Shown: positions 44,906 to 54,602 of the stretch, piece after piece
How the letters are laid out: each line of letters starts with the position of its first letter
Position numbering within the stretch: the stretch's first letter is position 1
From: Flavobacteriales bacterium
GTDB lineage: Bacteria; Bacteroidota; Bacteroidia; NS11-12g; UBA9320
Length of the DNA stretch: 64,000 nt
Direction: 5' to 3'
NCBI GenBank assembly: GCA_020635355.1
Contig: JACJZW010000001.1
Location: 369,633-433,632 of the forward strand
Translations under genes and position numbers: made by a program
The notes under the pieces: generated by a model
What the model was told of the DNA's origin: nothing
Database searches by the model: none
Seen by the model: the letters and a program-made list of their open reading frames with translations, nothing else

Positions 44906-47092
44906 ATGAAGAAGTCCATTATTTCCCTGTATCTGCTCACCATTTCAATTGCTGTACTGGCGCAGGGTACCAAGCCCATAACACTTGAAGATATCTGGAT
45001 AAACGGGTCGATTTACCCAAGTACCATTGGAGGTTTTGTCAATCTCAACGACGGTAAAACCTATTGTCAGCTCGAAACAGACGAGTACCAAAACAATGTG
45101 GTGAACAAGTACGATTATGCCACCGGTAATCAAACCGGAGTTCTCATCGACGGAAAGGCCATTGCCCAGGTTAACGGCATGGATCACTTTTCCTTTGGAA
45201 GCTTCCAATTAAGTGCAGATGAACAGCAAGCGTTGATTCCCACTCAAACGAAATCGATCTATCGGCATTCCCGGGAATCCGTGTATATGCTGCTTAATCT
45301 TAAAACAAATAAGCTTACTAAAATCTCGGAGAAACACATTCGGTATGCGACGTTCAACCCACCCGGGACTATGGTGGCGTATGTGTTGGATAACAATCTG
45401 TATGTAAAGGATTTGATCAAAGGAAAAACCAAGCAACTAACCAAAGACGGCAAACACAACGCCATCATTAATGGAGGTGTAGACTGGGTTTACGAAGAAG
45501 AATTTTCCATGAGCCGGGGATTCGAGTGGAATGCCGACGGCACCAAACTGGCCTATTACCGCTTTGACGAAACGAAGGTTCCGATGTTCGATATGACCAT
45601 GTACGGAACACTTTATCCCCAACATGAGCAATTTAAATATCCCAAAGCAGGTGAAGTAAATTCAACGGTGGATGTGTACATCTGTAATCTAAAGGGTAAG
45701 CGTAAGAAGCTGGAGTTGAACTCAGAGCGCGATCAGTACATCCCTCGCATCAAATGGACCGAAGATCCAAATATTTTGAGCGTTCAGCGGTTAAATCGTC
45801 TTCAGAATCACTGGGAATTGTTAATGGCCGATGCCTCAACCGGTAAATTGTCCCTCAGTATTGAGGAGGAGAACAAATACTACGTTGATATACATGACGA
45901 TATCATCTTCCTCAAGGATAAACGGCACTTCGTCATGAAGAGTGAGCGAACCGGATATTGGCACCTGTATATGCATAAAATAGACGGCCCTCAGGTGTTT
46001 GAAATCACCAAAGGCGATTGGGAAGTGGAGCATCTTCTCGGCGTTGATGAAAAAAATCAGAAGGTCTACTTCACCAGTACGGAAGTGTCTCCTATTGAAC
46101 GTCATGTGTATGTGTGTGACATCGATGGGAAAAAACGCAAGCGTTTAACGATGGAACCCGGTACGCATGAAGCTACGTTCAGCAACGATTTCTCGATGTT
46201 CTTTCACACGCACAGCGCCATTACCATCCCCTTTAGTTACAACATTCGAAAGAACGATGGCACTCTGTTGCGGGAAATTGAAACCAATGCTGAGTTTGCT
46301 GCTAAAATGTCGGAATTCCGCATGGGCACCACTGAGTTCCGCGAAATCGAGGTAGAAAATGGCGTGATGCTAAATGCCTATATGATCTATCCAAAAGATT
46401 TTGATCCCACAAAAGAATATCCCCTGTTCATGCATGTGTATGGCGGACCAGGCTCCCAACAGGTTTTGAATTCCTGGCGTTGGTCTAATTTCTTCTGGCA
46501 TCACATGTTGGCCAGCGAGCACAACATCATTATTGCCGTAGTGGATAATCGGGGAACCGGAGGACGAGGCGAAGAATTCAAGAAGATGACGTACAAACAG
46601 TTGGGCAAATACGAAACGGAAGATCAAATTGCGGCCGCTAAAAAACTAGGCGAACTTCCCTTTGTTAATGCTCAACGGATGGGTATTTGGGGATGGAGTT
46701 ATGGCGGGTACATGTCCAGCCTCTGCCTGGCAAAAGGAAGCTCAACCTTCAAGATGGCCATTGCCGTAGCACCGGTAACGAACTGGAGATACTACGATAA
46801 TGTATACACCGAACGATTCATGCGCACACCTCAGGAAAACGCGAAGGGATATGACGACAATTCACCGATAAACCATGTTTCTTCCATCAAAGGGAAATAC
46901 CTCATCGTACATGGTTTAGCCGACGATAATGTGCATTTCCAGAATACGGCGGAGATGGTGAACGCCATGATTTCCAAGAACATTCCATTTGATTCCGAAT
47001 TCTATCCCAATAAAAATCACGGTATTTATGGGGGTTATACCCGCATCCATCTGTTTGATAAGATGACGCGGTTTGTGGAGGAGAACTTGTAG
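44906..47092 (+). CDS. Dipeptidyl-peptidase IV (S9B family prolyl peptidase)
   Basis: There is a signal peptide. The DPP-IV N-terminal beta-propeller region is followed by an S9 catalytic domain with the nucleophile elbow GWSYGGYMS. Asp and His blocks (GLADDNVHFQNT...) follow. Confidence 0.85.
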   Translation: MKKSIISLYLLTISIAVLAQGTKPITLEDIWINGSIYPSTIGGFVNLNDGKTYCQLETDEYQNNVVNKYDYATGNQTGVLIDGKAIAQVNGMDHFSFGSFQLSADEQQALIPTQTKSIYRHSRESVYMLLNLKTNKLTKISEKHIRYATFNPPGTMVAYVLDNNLYVKDLIKGKTKQLTKDGKHNAIINGGVDWVYEEEFSMSRGFEWNADGTKLAYYRFDETKVPMFDMTMYGTLYPQHEQFKYPKAGEVNSTVDVYICNLKGKRKKLELNSERDQYIPRIKWTEDPNILSVQRLNRLQNHWELLMADASTGKLSLSIEEENKYYVDIHDDIIFLKDKRHFVMKSERTGYWHLYMHKIDGPQVFEITKGDWEVEHLLGVDEKNQKVYFTSTEVSPIERHVYVCDIDGKKRKRLTMEPGTHEATFSNDFSMFFHTHSAITIPFSYNIRKNDGTLLREIETNAEFAAKMSEFRMGTTEFREIEVENGVMLNAYMIYPKDFDPTKEYPLFMHVYGGPGSQQVLNSWRWSNFFWHHMLASEHNIIIAVVDNRGTGGRGEEFKKMTYKQLGKYETEDQIAAAKKLGELPFVNAQRMGIWGWSYGGYMSSLCLAKGSSTFKMAIAVAPVTNWRYYDNVYTERFMRTPQENAKGYDDNSPINHVSSIKGKYLIVHGLADDNVHFQNTAEMVNAMISKNIPFDSEFYPNKNHGIYGGYTRIHLFDKMTRFVEENL

Positions 47093-47097
47093 GAATA

Positions 47098-47131
47098 GGT
47101 TCAGAGGTTCAGAGGTTCAGGGGTTCTAGGG
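47098..47131 (+). repeat. (GGTTCAGR)n octamer array (left arm of an inverted pair)
   Basis: The array is ggttcaga ggttcaga ggttcagg ggttctag. It begins 6 nt after the DPP-IV stop. Confidence 0.9.
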
Positions 47132-47177
47132 TAGACAGGTATCTGGTCAGGAATGCCTGAAAAAGGTGCAGAGCATA

Positions 47178-47543
47178 TTATTTTCTCTCTTTTGGATGTA
47201 AGGATTCCAGATAACGCATCAATTTGAGTATTTTTCTTTTGAGTGCTTCTAGTTTACTGAATAGTTGGGCGCCGTCCAGTCCATATAGGCCATGTGCTAT
47301 GATCAATTGAGTATCCAGCTCAACCAGTGAACCGAGAGCATAGTTCAGGAATTTCAGATACTCCTTATCTCCCTTTCTGGCCGCTCCCTCGGCAATATTA
47401 GATGGAATGGAAATGGCAGATCTTTTCATTTGGGAAGTGAGGGTATACTTTTCTTCCGATGGAAGATTTTTTGAGAATTGATAGACATCAATGACCAATT
47501 CAATGGCGATCTTCCAAATATCCAGGTTTTTGTGTGTTGACAT
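47178..47543 (-). CDS. Four-helix-bundle protein (PF05635; 23S rRNA intervening-sequence protein / Avd-like family)
   Basis: It is 121 aa. Characteristic blocks are present: NLDIWKIAIELVIDVYQFSKNLPSEEKYTLTSQMKRSAISIPSNIAEGAAR and KEYLKFLNYALGSLVELDTQLIIA. Confidence 0.8.
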   Translation of the reverse strand: MSTHKNLDIWKIAIELVIDVYQFSKNLPSEEKYTLTSQMKRSAISIPSNIAEGAARKGDKEYLKFLNYALGSLVELDTQLIIAHGLYGLDGAQLFSKLEALKRKILKLMRYLESLHPKERK

Positions 47544-47667
47544 TCAGTGAATTTCCTGGTTTGTCCGTAAAGAATAGCGCATCCCAAGCACATTAAACGC
47601 TTAGTTGGGTCGAACGATTCGAAATCGGCTTCAAACGATCCATTAGCCAAACATTTGAATAACACAA

Positions 47668-47694
47668 ACCTCTGAACCCCTGAACCTCTGAACC
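47668..47694 (-). repeat. (GGTTCAGR)n array, inverted copy (right arm)
   Basis: The plus strand reads acctctgaacccctgaacctctgaacc. This is the reverse complement of ggttcagaggttcaggggttcagaggt. Confidence 0.9.
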
Positions 47695-47838
47695 ACACAT
47701 TGAGGTCAATGAAATAGCTTTTGTAGTGTTCAACTTTCCCCAATTCCATAGGATTTCTCATCACCCCTCACCCATCACACATCACCCCCATACGCCACAC
47801 ATTAAAATTTCATAGATTTGGCGTTCAATCAATTCTAA

Positions 47839-49545
47839 ATGAGCAACTCAACGAACAAACACCCTAAGGGGCTTTACTACCTGTTCTTCACAGAGATGTG
47901 GGAGCGCTTTGGTTATTACCTGATGCTGGGTATTTTCTCGCTGTACATGCTGGACAGTGTTCAGAACGGCGGTATGGGATTTTCACCTGAAAAGAAATCA
48001 GATATTTATGGCACCTATTTGGGTTTGGTTTACCTGACTCCATTTATAGGTGGTTTATTGGCCGACCGTATTTTAGGTTATCGAAAATCCATTGTAATTG
48101 GTGGCTTGTTGATGGCGGCCGGTTATTACGGACTAGCCCTTCCCGGTGAAACAACGTTCTACGGCGCACTGCTTCTCATCATTCTAGGAAACGGATTCTT
48201 CAAACCAAATATCTCGACCTTACTAGGTAATCTCTATTCGGAGGAAGAGTATAAGGATAAGAAGGATTCCGGGTATAACATCTTCTATATGGGGATTAAC
48301 ATCGGGGCGTTTGTCTGCAACTTTGTGGCGGCCTACCTCCGGATCAATTATGGCTGGGGATGGGCGTTTGGCGCTGCCGGTACCGGAATGTTAATTGGAA
48401 TCGTGATCTTCCTATTGGGTGCACCACACGTGAAGGCTGTAGATGTGATTAAACCGATGGAGAAAGGCGACCTATCCACGGGAAGGATTTTAGGGTTTAC
48501 GTTGGTGCCGATGTTTATTTTCGGATTGCTGGGCTACCTCATTCCGGGCAACATTCTCGGATCCGATTCCAACGATGCCTTCATCATAGGCTGTATTCCA
48601 GTTGTAGCCTTTTTCATCTACCTGTATGTCAAGGCGAATGAGGGAGATAAACGCCCCATTGGTGCCCTTTTGGCGGTTTATGCCTGTTTGGTTGTGTTCT
48701 GGGCGATCTTTCATCAAAACGGTGATGCGCTAACGGTTTGGGCTGAGAACTATACAGATCGTCAGCCAACTGAACTGGTTCAGGACGGTCTAGATAAAAT
48801 CAACCTCTCCCAAACAGTGACCAATGACTCGATTGCCCGTTTAAACGATGATGATTTTGCTGCCTATTCTAACTGGGTGGGTGAACAGGATTCCATCTTC
48901 AAGGCACAAGGAAACAGCGAGGCCCGGAAGGAACTATCGGGTTTATATAAGGAACAATCAGCTAGTAGATCCTATTTCCAAAATATGAATCCGGAAAACA
49001 TTCCCGAACCCGGTGGAAGTTTAAAACTCATTTCAACGGAGATCTATCAGTCCGTGAACCCATTTTGGATCATCATCCTTACGCCCCTGTTGGTTGGATT
49101 TTGGAACATGCTCAAGCGTAGAAAGCGCGAACCCACTACGGCGACTAAAATTGCCATCGGTTTGGTTATTACCGGGCTTTCTGCCCTCGTAATGGTTGCA
49201 GCTGTTAAGTCTACCAACATCGCTGAAAATAAAGTCAGTCAGTTCTGGTTGATAGCCTCCTACGGTGTCATATCCCTCGGAGAGCTTTGCCTATCTCCCA
49301 TGGGACTTTCATTGGTATCGAAGCTTAGTCCGCCGAGGATTACAGCCCTCATGATGGGCGGCTTCTTCCTCTCGACTTCCATCGGTAATAAATTATCCGG
49401 TATGTTGTCTGGTATGTGGGAAAGCTATGAAGACAAGTCACAATTTTTCATGATCAACATGATGTTGGCCCTGGTGGCGGCGGCCATGATGTTTGCCATT
49501 CTGCGTTGGTTAAACAACGTTATGAAGGAAAAGAATATTCATTAA
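47839..49545 (+). CDS. POT/PTR2 family proton-dependent di/tripeptide transporter
   Basis: The PTR2 signature region is present (FTEMWERFGYYLMLGIFSLYM) with at least 12 TM segments and an FGAAGTGMLIG block. It is 568 aa. Confidence 0.85.
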   Translation: MSNSTNKHPKGLYYLFFTEMWERFGYYLMLGIFSLYMLDSVQNGGMGFSPEKKSDIYGTYLGLVYLTPFIGGLLADRILGYRKSIVIGGLLMAAGYYGLALPGETTFYGALLLIILGNGFFKPNISTLLGNLYSEEEYKDKKDSGYNIFYMGINIGAFVCNFVAAYLRINYGWGWAFGAAGTGMLIGIVIFLLGAPHVKAVDVIKPMEKGDLSTGRILGFTLVPMFIFGLLGYLIPGNILGSDSNDAFIIGCIPVVAFFIYLYVKANEGDKRPIGALLAVYACLVVFWAIFHQNGDALTVWAENYTDRQPTELVQDGLDKINLSQTVTNDSIARLNDDDFAAYSNWVGEQDSIFKAQGNSEARKELSGLYKEQSASRSYFQNMNPENIPEPGGSLKLISTEIYQSVNPFWIIILTPLLVGFWNMLKRRKREPTTATKIAIGLVITGLSALVMVAAVKSTNIAENKVSQFWLIASYGVISLGELCLSPMGLSLVSKLSPPRITALMMGGFFLSTSIGNKLSGMLSGMWESYEDKSQFFMINMMLALVAAAMMFAILRWLNNVMKEKNIH

Positions 49546-49568
49546 AGAGACGATATCCTATTATTGCA

Positions 49569-49599
49569 CAAGCCCGGCTCATTACCGGGCTTGTTTTTA
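49569..49599 (+). terminator. Rho-independent terminator after the first POT transporter gene
   Basis: The hairpin is aagcccgg ctcatta ccgggctt followed by GTTTTTA. Confidence 0.7.
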
Positions 49600-49615
49600 T
49601 CTAAGCAATTAATAT

Positions 49616-51118
49616 ATGAACAACGAAACCGCAACACTGGAAGAAATTCAAGCCTTCGAGGGAAAATACCCGAAGCAGCTGTGGTATCTCTTCTTCTCCG
49701 AAATGTGGGAGCGATTTTGCTTCTATGGCATGCGTGGCATGCTCACCTTCTTCATGGTTTATCAGATGGCTATGGAAAAGGATGTGGCAAATCTTCAATA
49801 TGGCGCCACCCAGGCATGGGTATATGCCTTCACCTTTATTGGTGGTTTGTTTGCCGATAAAATTCTTGGATTTAAAAAATCACTCTTTTGGGGTGGTATT
49901 TTGATGATCACGGGAAGTATCTTCCTCACCATTGATCCCAAAGGATTCTTCTTTACCGGTATCAGCTTCCTGGTAGTGGGAACGGGCTTTTTCAAGCCAA
50001 ACATCTCGTCTATGGTTGGTCAGCTGTACAAAAAGGGTGATTACAGGCGCGATGCGGGCTTTTCGCTGTTCTACTCCGGTATTAATATGGGCGCCTTCTT
50101 CGGAGGTATGCTGATGATTGGCGTTGGAAAGGGCGAAATATTGAGTGGTGTAATTCCTGAAAATCTTCGTTGGAATGTTGCCTTTGCGTTGGTTGCCGTG
50201 GCCATGCTGATTAGCTTGTTGATCTTCTCCTTTACGCGTCATCACCTGGGTCCTATTGGGAACACACCGATCAACTATGACGAGGAGAAGGGAAAAAAAT
50301 GGTACATATACGCCGTTTATATTGGAGCGTTAATGTGCGTTCCGCTCATTGTGAAAATGGTATCAAATACCGTTTACACCGATTGGTTTATGTACATCAT
50401 TGGGCCATTCAGTGTGGGCTATTTGATTTTTGAGATGACCAAGCTGGACAGAGACAGCGTTAAAAAGTTGATAGCAGCTCTGGTGTTCATCGTATTCTCC
50501 TCCTTGTTTTGGGCCATTTTTGAACAAGCTGGCGGTTCATTGAGTTTGTACGCGGCAGAACACCTTGATCGAGGTACCTTAAATGTGGACCCGAACATCG
50601 TAAATAATTCAGCGAACTCCCTGTTTGTTATTGTGTTTGCTCCGTTGATTGGAATACTTTGGTTGTTCCTACACAAACGAAATCTTGAACCCAACAGCGT
50701 GGTCAAGTTTGGAATAGGCTTTTTATTACTGGGAGCAGCCTTTTATGTGTTCGGCGCCAACAAGATGTTTGCAACCAACGGCATCGCAATGGGTGATATA
50801 TTCATTCTCGGATATCTGGTTGTAACCCTTGGTGAGATTGCGCTCTCTCCCATTGGTTTGAGCTTGATGACCAAACTGGCCACACCAAAACTTCAAGGAT
50901 TTATGATGGGTATGTGGTTTCTGGCCAGTGCCTACGGTCAATACATTGCCGGGCTTTTTGGAGCCGGTATTTCACCAAAAGCCGACGCCTCCCCAATGGA
51001 GAAACTGGAAGTGTACTCTGCGGGATATGAGCAATTTGCCGTATATGCCGTGATTGCCGGTGTGGTGATTATTGCTATTTCTCCCTTTGTTCGCAAACTC
51101 ATGGGAGATGTTAAGTAA
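49616..51118 (+). CDS. POT/PTR2 family peptide transporter (paralog)
   Basis: The block FSEMWERFCFYGMRGMLTFFM matches the PTR2 ExxERFxYYG motif. It has at least 12 TM segments and is 500 aa. Confidence 0.85.
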   Translation: MNNETATLEEIQAFEGKYPKQLWYLFFSEMWERFCFYGMRGMLTFFMVYQMAMEKDVANLQYGATQAWVYAFTFIGGLFADKILGFKKSLFWGGILMITGSIFLTIDPKGFFFTGISFLVVGTGFFKPNISSMVGQLYKKGDYRRDAGFSLFYSGINMGAFFGGMLMIGVGKGEILSGVIPENLRWNVAFALVAVAMLISLLIFSFTRHHLGPIGNTPINYDEEKGKKWYIYAVYIGALMCVPLIVKMVSNTVYTDWFMYIIGPFSVGYLIFEMTKLDRDSVKKLIAALVFIVFSSLFWAIFEQAGGSLSLYAAEHLDRGTLNVDPNIVNNSANSLFVIVFAPLIGILWLFLHKRNLEPNSVVKFGIGFLLLGAAFYVFGANKMFATNGIAMGDIFILGYLVVTLGEIALSPIGLSLMTKLATPKLQGFMMGMWFLASAYGQYIAGLFGAGISPKADASPMEKLEVYSAGYEQFAVYAVIAGVVIIAISPFVRKLMGDVK

Positions 51119-51140
51119 ACGAGCTTAAAAGCATCGCTAA

Positions 51141-51178
51141 AACCCTGAATCTGTGCCGAATCGGATTCAGGGTTTTTT
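51141..51178 (+). terminator. Rho-independent terminator after the second POT transporter gene
   Basis: The hairpin is aaccctgaatc followed by a 12-nt loop, then gattcagggtt, then TTTTTG. Confidence 0.75.
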
Positions 51179-51249
51179 GTTTAGTATAGAGTTTTGTGTT
51201 GACAACACCTATTTTTGCGCTCGCACTGCAAATCGACCTATACGACCTG

Positions 51250-51993
51250 ATGAAACGCCTTTCGATATTAATTTTACTGACCCTATTATTTTCCGCTTGT
51301 GGAAATAAGTTCATCTATTTTCAGATGAAAAAGGACAGTCAAAATTCGTATGACAACATTCAAGTTGTTAATCCGCCGGACATTCGTTCACATGTGGTAG
51401 AAGAAGGTGATGTACTTCAGATTCGTTTGTTCAGCGACGATGAAAAGATGATTAATTTGTTTAATCAGAATGTCCTCGACGAAAAGAACTCCATATCCGG
51501 TTATCAGGTAAAGAATAACGGCAACATCTTTCTTCCATTTATTGGCGATCTGGCAGTTAAAGGCAAGACGCTAGACCAAGCTGAACAATTGATTAAGGAC
51601 TCGTTATCCGTTTACGTTAGTGCACCAAATCTTGCCCTGGATCTTACCGCATTTCAAGTAATTGTTCTTGGGGCAGTGCGTGCACCAGGTCCGGTTTTGG
51701 TTCGGACAGATAAGGCATCCATCATAGATGTTATTGCATTTGCTGGAGATCTATCTGATTATGGCAATCCCAGAAACATTAAGGTTGTACGGGACGTAGA
51801 TGGCAAGAAAATGAATCGGTTTTTGGATTTGTCCGATGTTGATGTATTTAAAGATCCATATTTCTACATTGGTAGTAATGATATCATCTATGTGGAAACC
51901 CTTAAGAGACGGTTTGTTCAAGAAAACCTCACGGTTCTTTCCCTGGTATCAACCATGCTTAACGTGGTTGCGTTAATTGCCCTTCGCTTTTAA
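51250..51993 (+). CDS. wza: Polysaccharide biosynthesis/export protein (Wza-like OM lipoprotein; Poly_export + SLBB)
   Basis: There is a lipoprotein signal (MKRLSILILLTLLFSACG). The Poly_export block is present (IRSHVVEEGDVLQIRLFSDDEK). SLBB-like repeats are present. The start was moved to the ATG at 51250. A TATTTTTG box lies at 51210-51217. Confidence 0.8.
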   Translation: MKRLSILILLTLLFSACGNKFIYFQMKKDSQNSYDNIQVVNPPDIRSHVVEEGDVLQIRLFSDDEKMINLFNQNVLDEKNSISGYQVKNNGNIFLPFIGDLAVKGKTLDQAEQLIKDSLSVYVSAPNLALDLTAFQVIVLGAVRAPGPVLVRTDKASIIDVIAFAGDLSDYGNPRNIKVVRDVDGKKMNRFLDLSDVDVFKDPYFYIGSNDIIYVETLKRRFVQENLTVLSLVSTMLNVVALIALRF

Positions 51994-51995
51994 AT

Positions 51996-54515
51996 ATGAG
52001 AGAAGACTTCAATAGTTTAAATGAAGAGGAACAGAGTCGCATTAATGTGCGATCGCTGCTTCTATTGGTCAGGGTATACTGGCATCTTTTTGCCATTTCG
52101 ATAGCCTTCACACTTTTTGGAGCCTACATGGTCAATAGGTATAAAACACCTAAATACCTGATGAAAAGCCAGGTTCTTCTCAGCAATGAAAAAGAAGGAC
52201 GAGAAGGAATGGAAATCATTGGTGGTCAATCAATGGGCGGTGCCTTTAACCCATGGGATCCAACCTTTGTTAACGACAAAATTCAAATTATCAAGTCGTT
52301 CCGCTTTTTAGAACCGGTTATTGATCAACTGGGCTTCGTTAATTCATATTACGTGCAGGGTGATGTTAAAATTTCAGAACAGTACTCCGTACCATTTGAT
52401 CTGAAGTTTGATACTAAAAATGACAAGGCACTACAATACCAATACACGTTTAATTTCCGCGAAAACGAAGTATTGGTAATCGGTGAAAAAGAATCCCGTA
52501 ACATCTTTGAGTTTTCACTTAAACCCGGCCAGGTATATCAGCACAAGTATTTTTCGATGGGTATCTCACTGACAGAAGAATATGCCTCGTCCGGTGGATC
52601 CTGGAAAGAATTGGTGGGTACGCGATTCATTTTCAAAAAATCATCGTTAAAATCTGTGGTATCCCGCTATAAGAGTCGATTAAAAGTTGAATCGGTAAAG
52701 GATACCAAGGCCATCGAGTTAAGCATCGAGGAAGAGAATCAAGAAAAGGGAATAGCCCTGTTGGATTCTGTTGCGAATGCCTTTGTGAGAAAGGGATTGG
52801 AAGATAAAAATCAATCCTTTGAAAAAAGTATTGCCTTTATCAACTCTGAACTGGAACGGGTTACGACGTTTTTGAATGACCTGGAAGAAAAATTTCAAAC
52901 CTTCAAACAGGATAAGCGAGCTATATCACTTACTGACCAAACTACGGCATTAATACATGAATCAGCCGAAGTAGAAGCTGAGCGCTATCAACAGTTGCTG
53001 GCCTTGAAGAGCATTGAAAGTCTCAATCAATACCTCAAGACACATGATGATCTGTCGACTTTGGCCCCCGCCACGTTTGGCATTTCTGAACCCTTGTTAG
53101 TGCCACATATCAACAATGTAGCTGCACGATATCAAGAATGGAAGGGTATATCGAATTCTTTCCAACCATCGTCTCCGCAATATCAAAAAGCACTCAAAGC
53201 ACTGAATATTGCCAAGGCATCTTTGGAGGAAAATGCCCGAAACGTTCAAAATCAAATGAATACCGTTCTTGGAGAATATGACAAACGCATTCGTGAGTAT
53301 GATCTGAGGTTGGAGAATGTTCCATTGATTGAACGTAATCATGCCGGGATCAAGCGACAAACAGAAATTCAGGAAAAAATTTATGTGCTGTTGCTGGAAA
53401 AAAAGTTCGAATACGAAATAGCCAAGTCAGGTAATAGAAGTGATTACTCCATCTTAAACAAGGCTTATGTAGCCAAACAAACCAGTCCTCAAAAAGGCCG
53501 AAATTATACCCTCGCGATCTTGCTGGGTTTGATTATTCCAGCTATTTACCTTTTTCTCAAGATATATTTTGATAACAAGGTTAGATCCAGAGAGCAGATT
53601 GAAAATGGATCTGATGTGCCATTTCTTGCTGCGATACCTCACCACAGTGGTGAAGAGCAACTTGTTTTTCAAACCAACTCTAAATCCATTACGGCGGAAT
53701 CCTACAGAAACCTGAGGACTTCCATGAGCTATATGCTCGCATCGGATGATAAACCCAAAACAATTCTAGTTACCTCTACCATTAGTGGGGAAGGTAAAAC
53801 TTTTTGTACGCTGAATATCGGCCACGTTCTTAGCCTCTCTGGTAAAAAAGTGGTGGTTCTTGGTCTGGATCTTCGAAAACCAAAACTGCACCTTGAGTTC
53901 AATCTCAAAAACAATGTAGGTTTGAGTAATTACCTGGTTGGAAAGCTTTCCTTGGATGAGATCATCTTTAAAACTCCTTTGGATAATGTGGATATCATTC
54001 CTTCAGGTCCCATCCCTCCTAACCCTTCCGAACTCATTCTGAGCAACCGGATGATAGAGCTTCATGAACAATTGAAGAATCAGTATGACTACATTTTGTT
54101 GGATACGGCTCCTCTGGGTTTGGTGACCGATGCGGTAGACCTCATGAGAATTTCTGATTTATGTGTCTACATCATGCGTGAGGGATATACGCAGGTAAAT
54201 GCCATTGGATTCCTCAATGAATTTTACGTCAAAAAGGACATTAAGAACCTTGGTGTTGTTCTCAACGATAGCAAGTTCTCCGGCATCAAATACGGTTATG
54301 GCTATGGCGGTGGCTACGGTTATGGCTATGGCTACGGTTATGGTTATGGTTATGGTTATGGCTATGGTTACGGATATGGTTATGGCTATGGCAGTGGATA
54401 TGGATATGGTGGTGCCAAACAGGGCTATGGGTATTATGTGGATAATGAGGAAACCTCACGCCCATTCTTGATGAAGGTATTCGACCTGCTCAAAAAGCTA
54501 TATAAACGCTCGTAG
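51996..54515 (+). CDS. wzc: Polysaccharide co-polymerase / tyrosine autokinase (Wzc-like: Wzz domain + CapB-type P-loop kinase) with an expanded (GY)n tail
   Basis: Two TM segments flank a ~430-aa coiled-coil periplasmic domain. Cytoplasmic Walker A (STISGEGKTF) and Walker B (ILLDTAPLG) are present. The C-terminal ~50 aa read KYGYGYGGGYGYGY...GYGYY with about 21 Tyr. Confidence 0.85.
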   Translation: MREDFNSLNEEEQSRINVRSLLLLVRVYWHLFAISIAFTLFGAYMVNRYKTPKYLMKSQVLLSNEKEGREGMEIIGGQSMGGAFNPWDPTFVNDKIQIIKSFRFLEPVIDQLGFVNSYYVQGDVKISEQYSVPFDLKFDTKNDKALQYQYTFNFRENEVLVIGEKESRNIFEFSLKPGQVYQHKYFSMGISLTEEYASSGGSWKELVGTRFIFKKSSLKSVVSRYKSRLKVESVKDTKAIELSIEEENQEKGIALLDSVANAFVRKGLEDKNQSFEKSIAFINSELERVTTFLNDLEEKFQTFKQDKRAISLTDQTTALIHESAEVEAERYQQLLALKSIESLNQYLKTHDDLSTLAPATFGISEPLLVPHINNVAARYQEWKGISNSFQPSSPQYQKALKALNIAKASLEENARNVQNQMNTVLGEYDKRIREYDLRLENVPLIERNHAGIKRQTEIQEKIYVLLLEKKFEYEIAKSGNRSDYSILNKAYVAKQTSPQKGRNYTLAILLGLIIPAIYLFLKIYFDNKVRSREQIENGSDVPFLAAIPHHSGEEQLVFQTNSKSITAESYRNLRTSMSYMLASDDKPKTILVTSTISGEGKTFCTLNIGHVLSLSGKKVVVLGLDLRKPKLHLEFNLKNNVGLSNYLVGKLSLDEIIFKTPLDNVDIIPSGPIPPNPSELILSNRMIELHEQLKNQYDYILLDTAPLGLVTDAVDLMRISDLCVYIMREGYTQVNAIGFLNEFYVKKDIKNLGVVLNDSKFSGIKYGYGYGGGYGYGYGYGYGYGYGYGYGYGYGYGYGSGYGYGGAKQGYGYYVDNEETSRPFLMKVFDLLKKLYKRS
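54292..54410 (+). repeat. Hexanucleotide (TAYGGN)n microsatellite, ~20 units, encoding the Wzc Tyr-Gly tail
   Basis: The array is tac ggt tat ggc tat ggc ... tat gga tat ggt. It is in frame. The alternative-frame ORF 54199-54471 (MAMAVATV...) is an artefact of this repeat. Confidence 0.9.
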
Positions 54516-54602
54516 ACACATCAAGAATGAGTACTTTTGTTACTCATTCTTTGGGAGTGAAGTGGCGAAGCTGTACACTTCCGTCTTCCCATCATCCGAA
54601 TC

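Noticed and set aside
47178-47543. Possible diversity-generating retroelement, since the four-helix-bundle protein is Avd-like
   Set aside because: No reverse transcriptase gene is in the window. No template/variable repeat pair with A-specific mismatches lies in the flanking sequence. Only the inverted octamer arrays are present.
54199-54471. ORF 54199-54471 (+) encoding MAMAVATVMAMATVMVMVMVM...
   Set aside because: It is an alternative-frame reading of the hexanucleotide microsatellite inside wzc. The wzc frame is supported by upstream kinase motifs.
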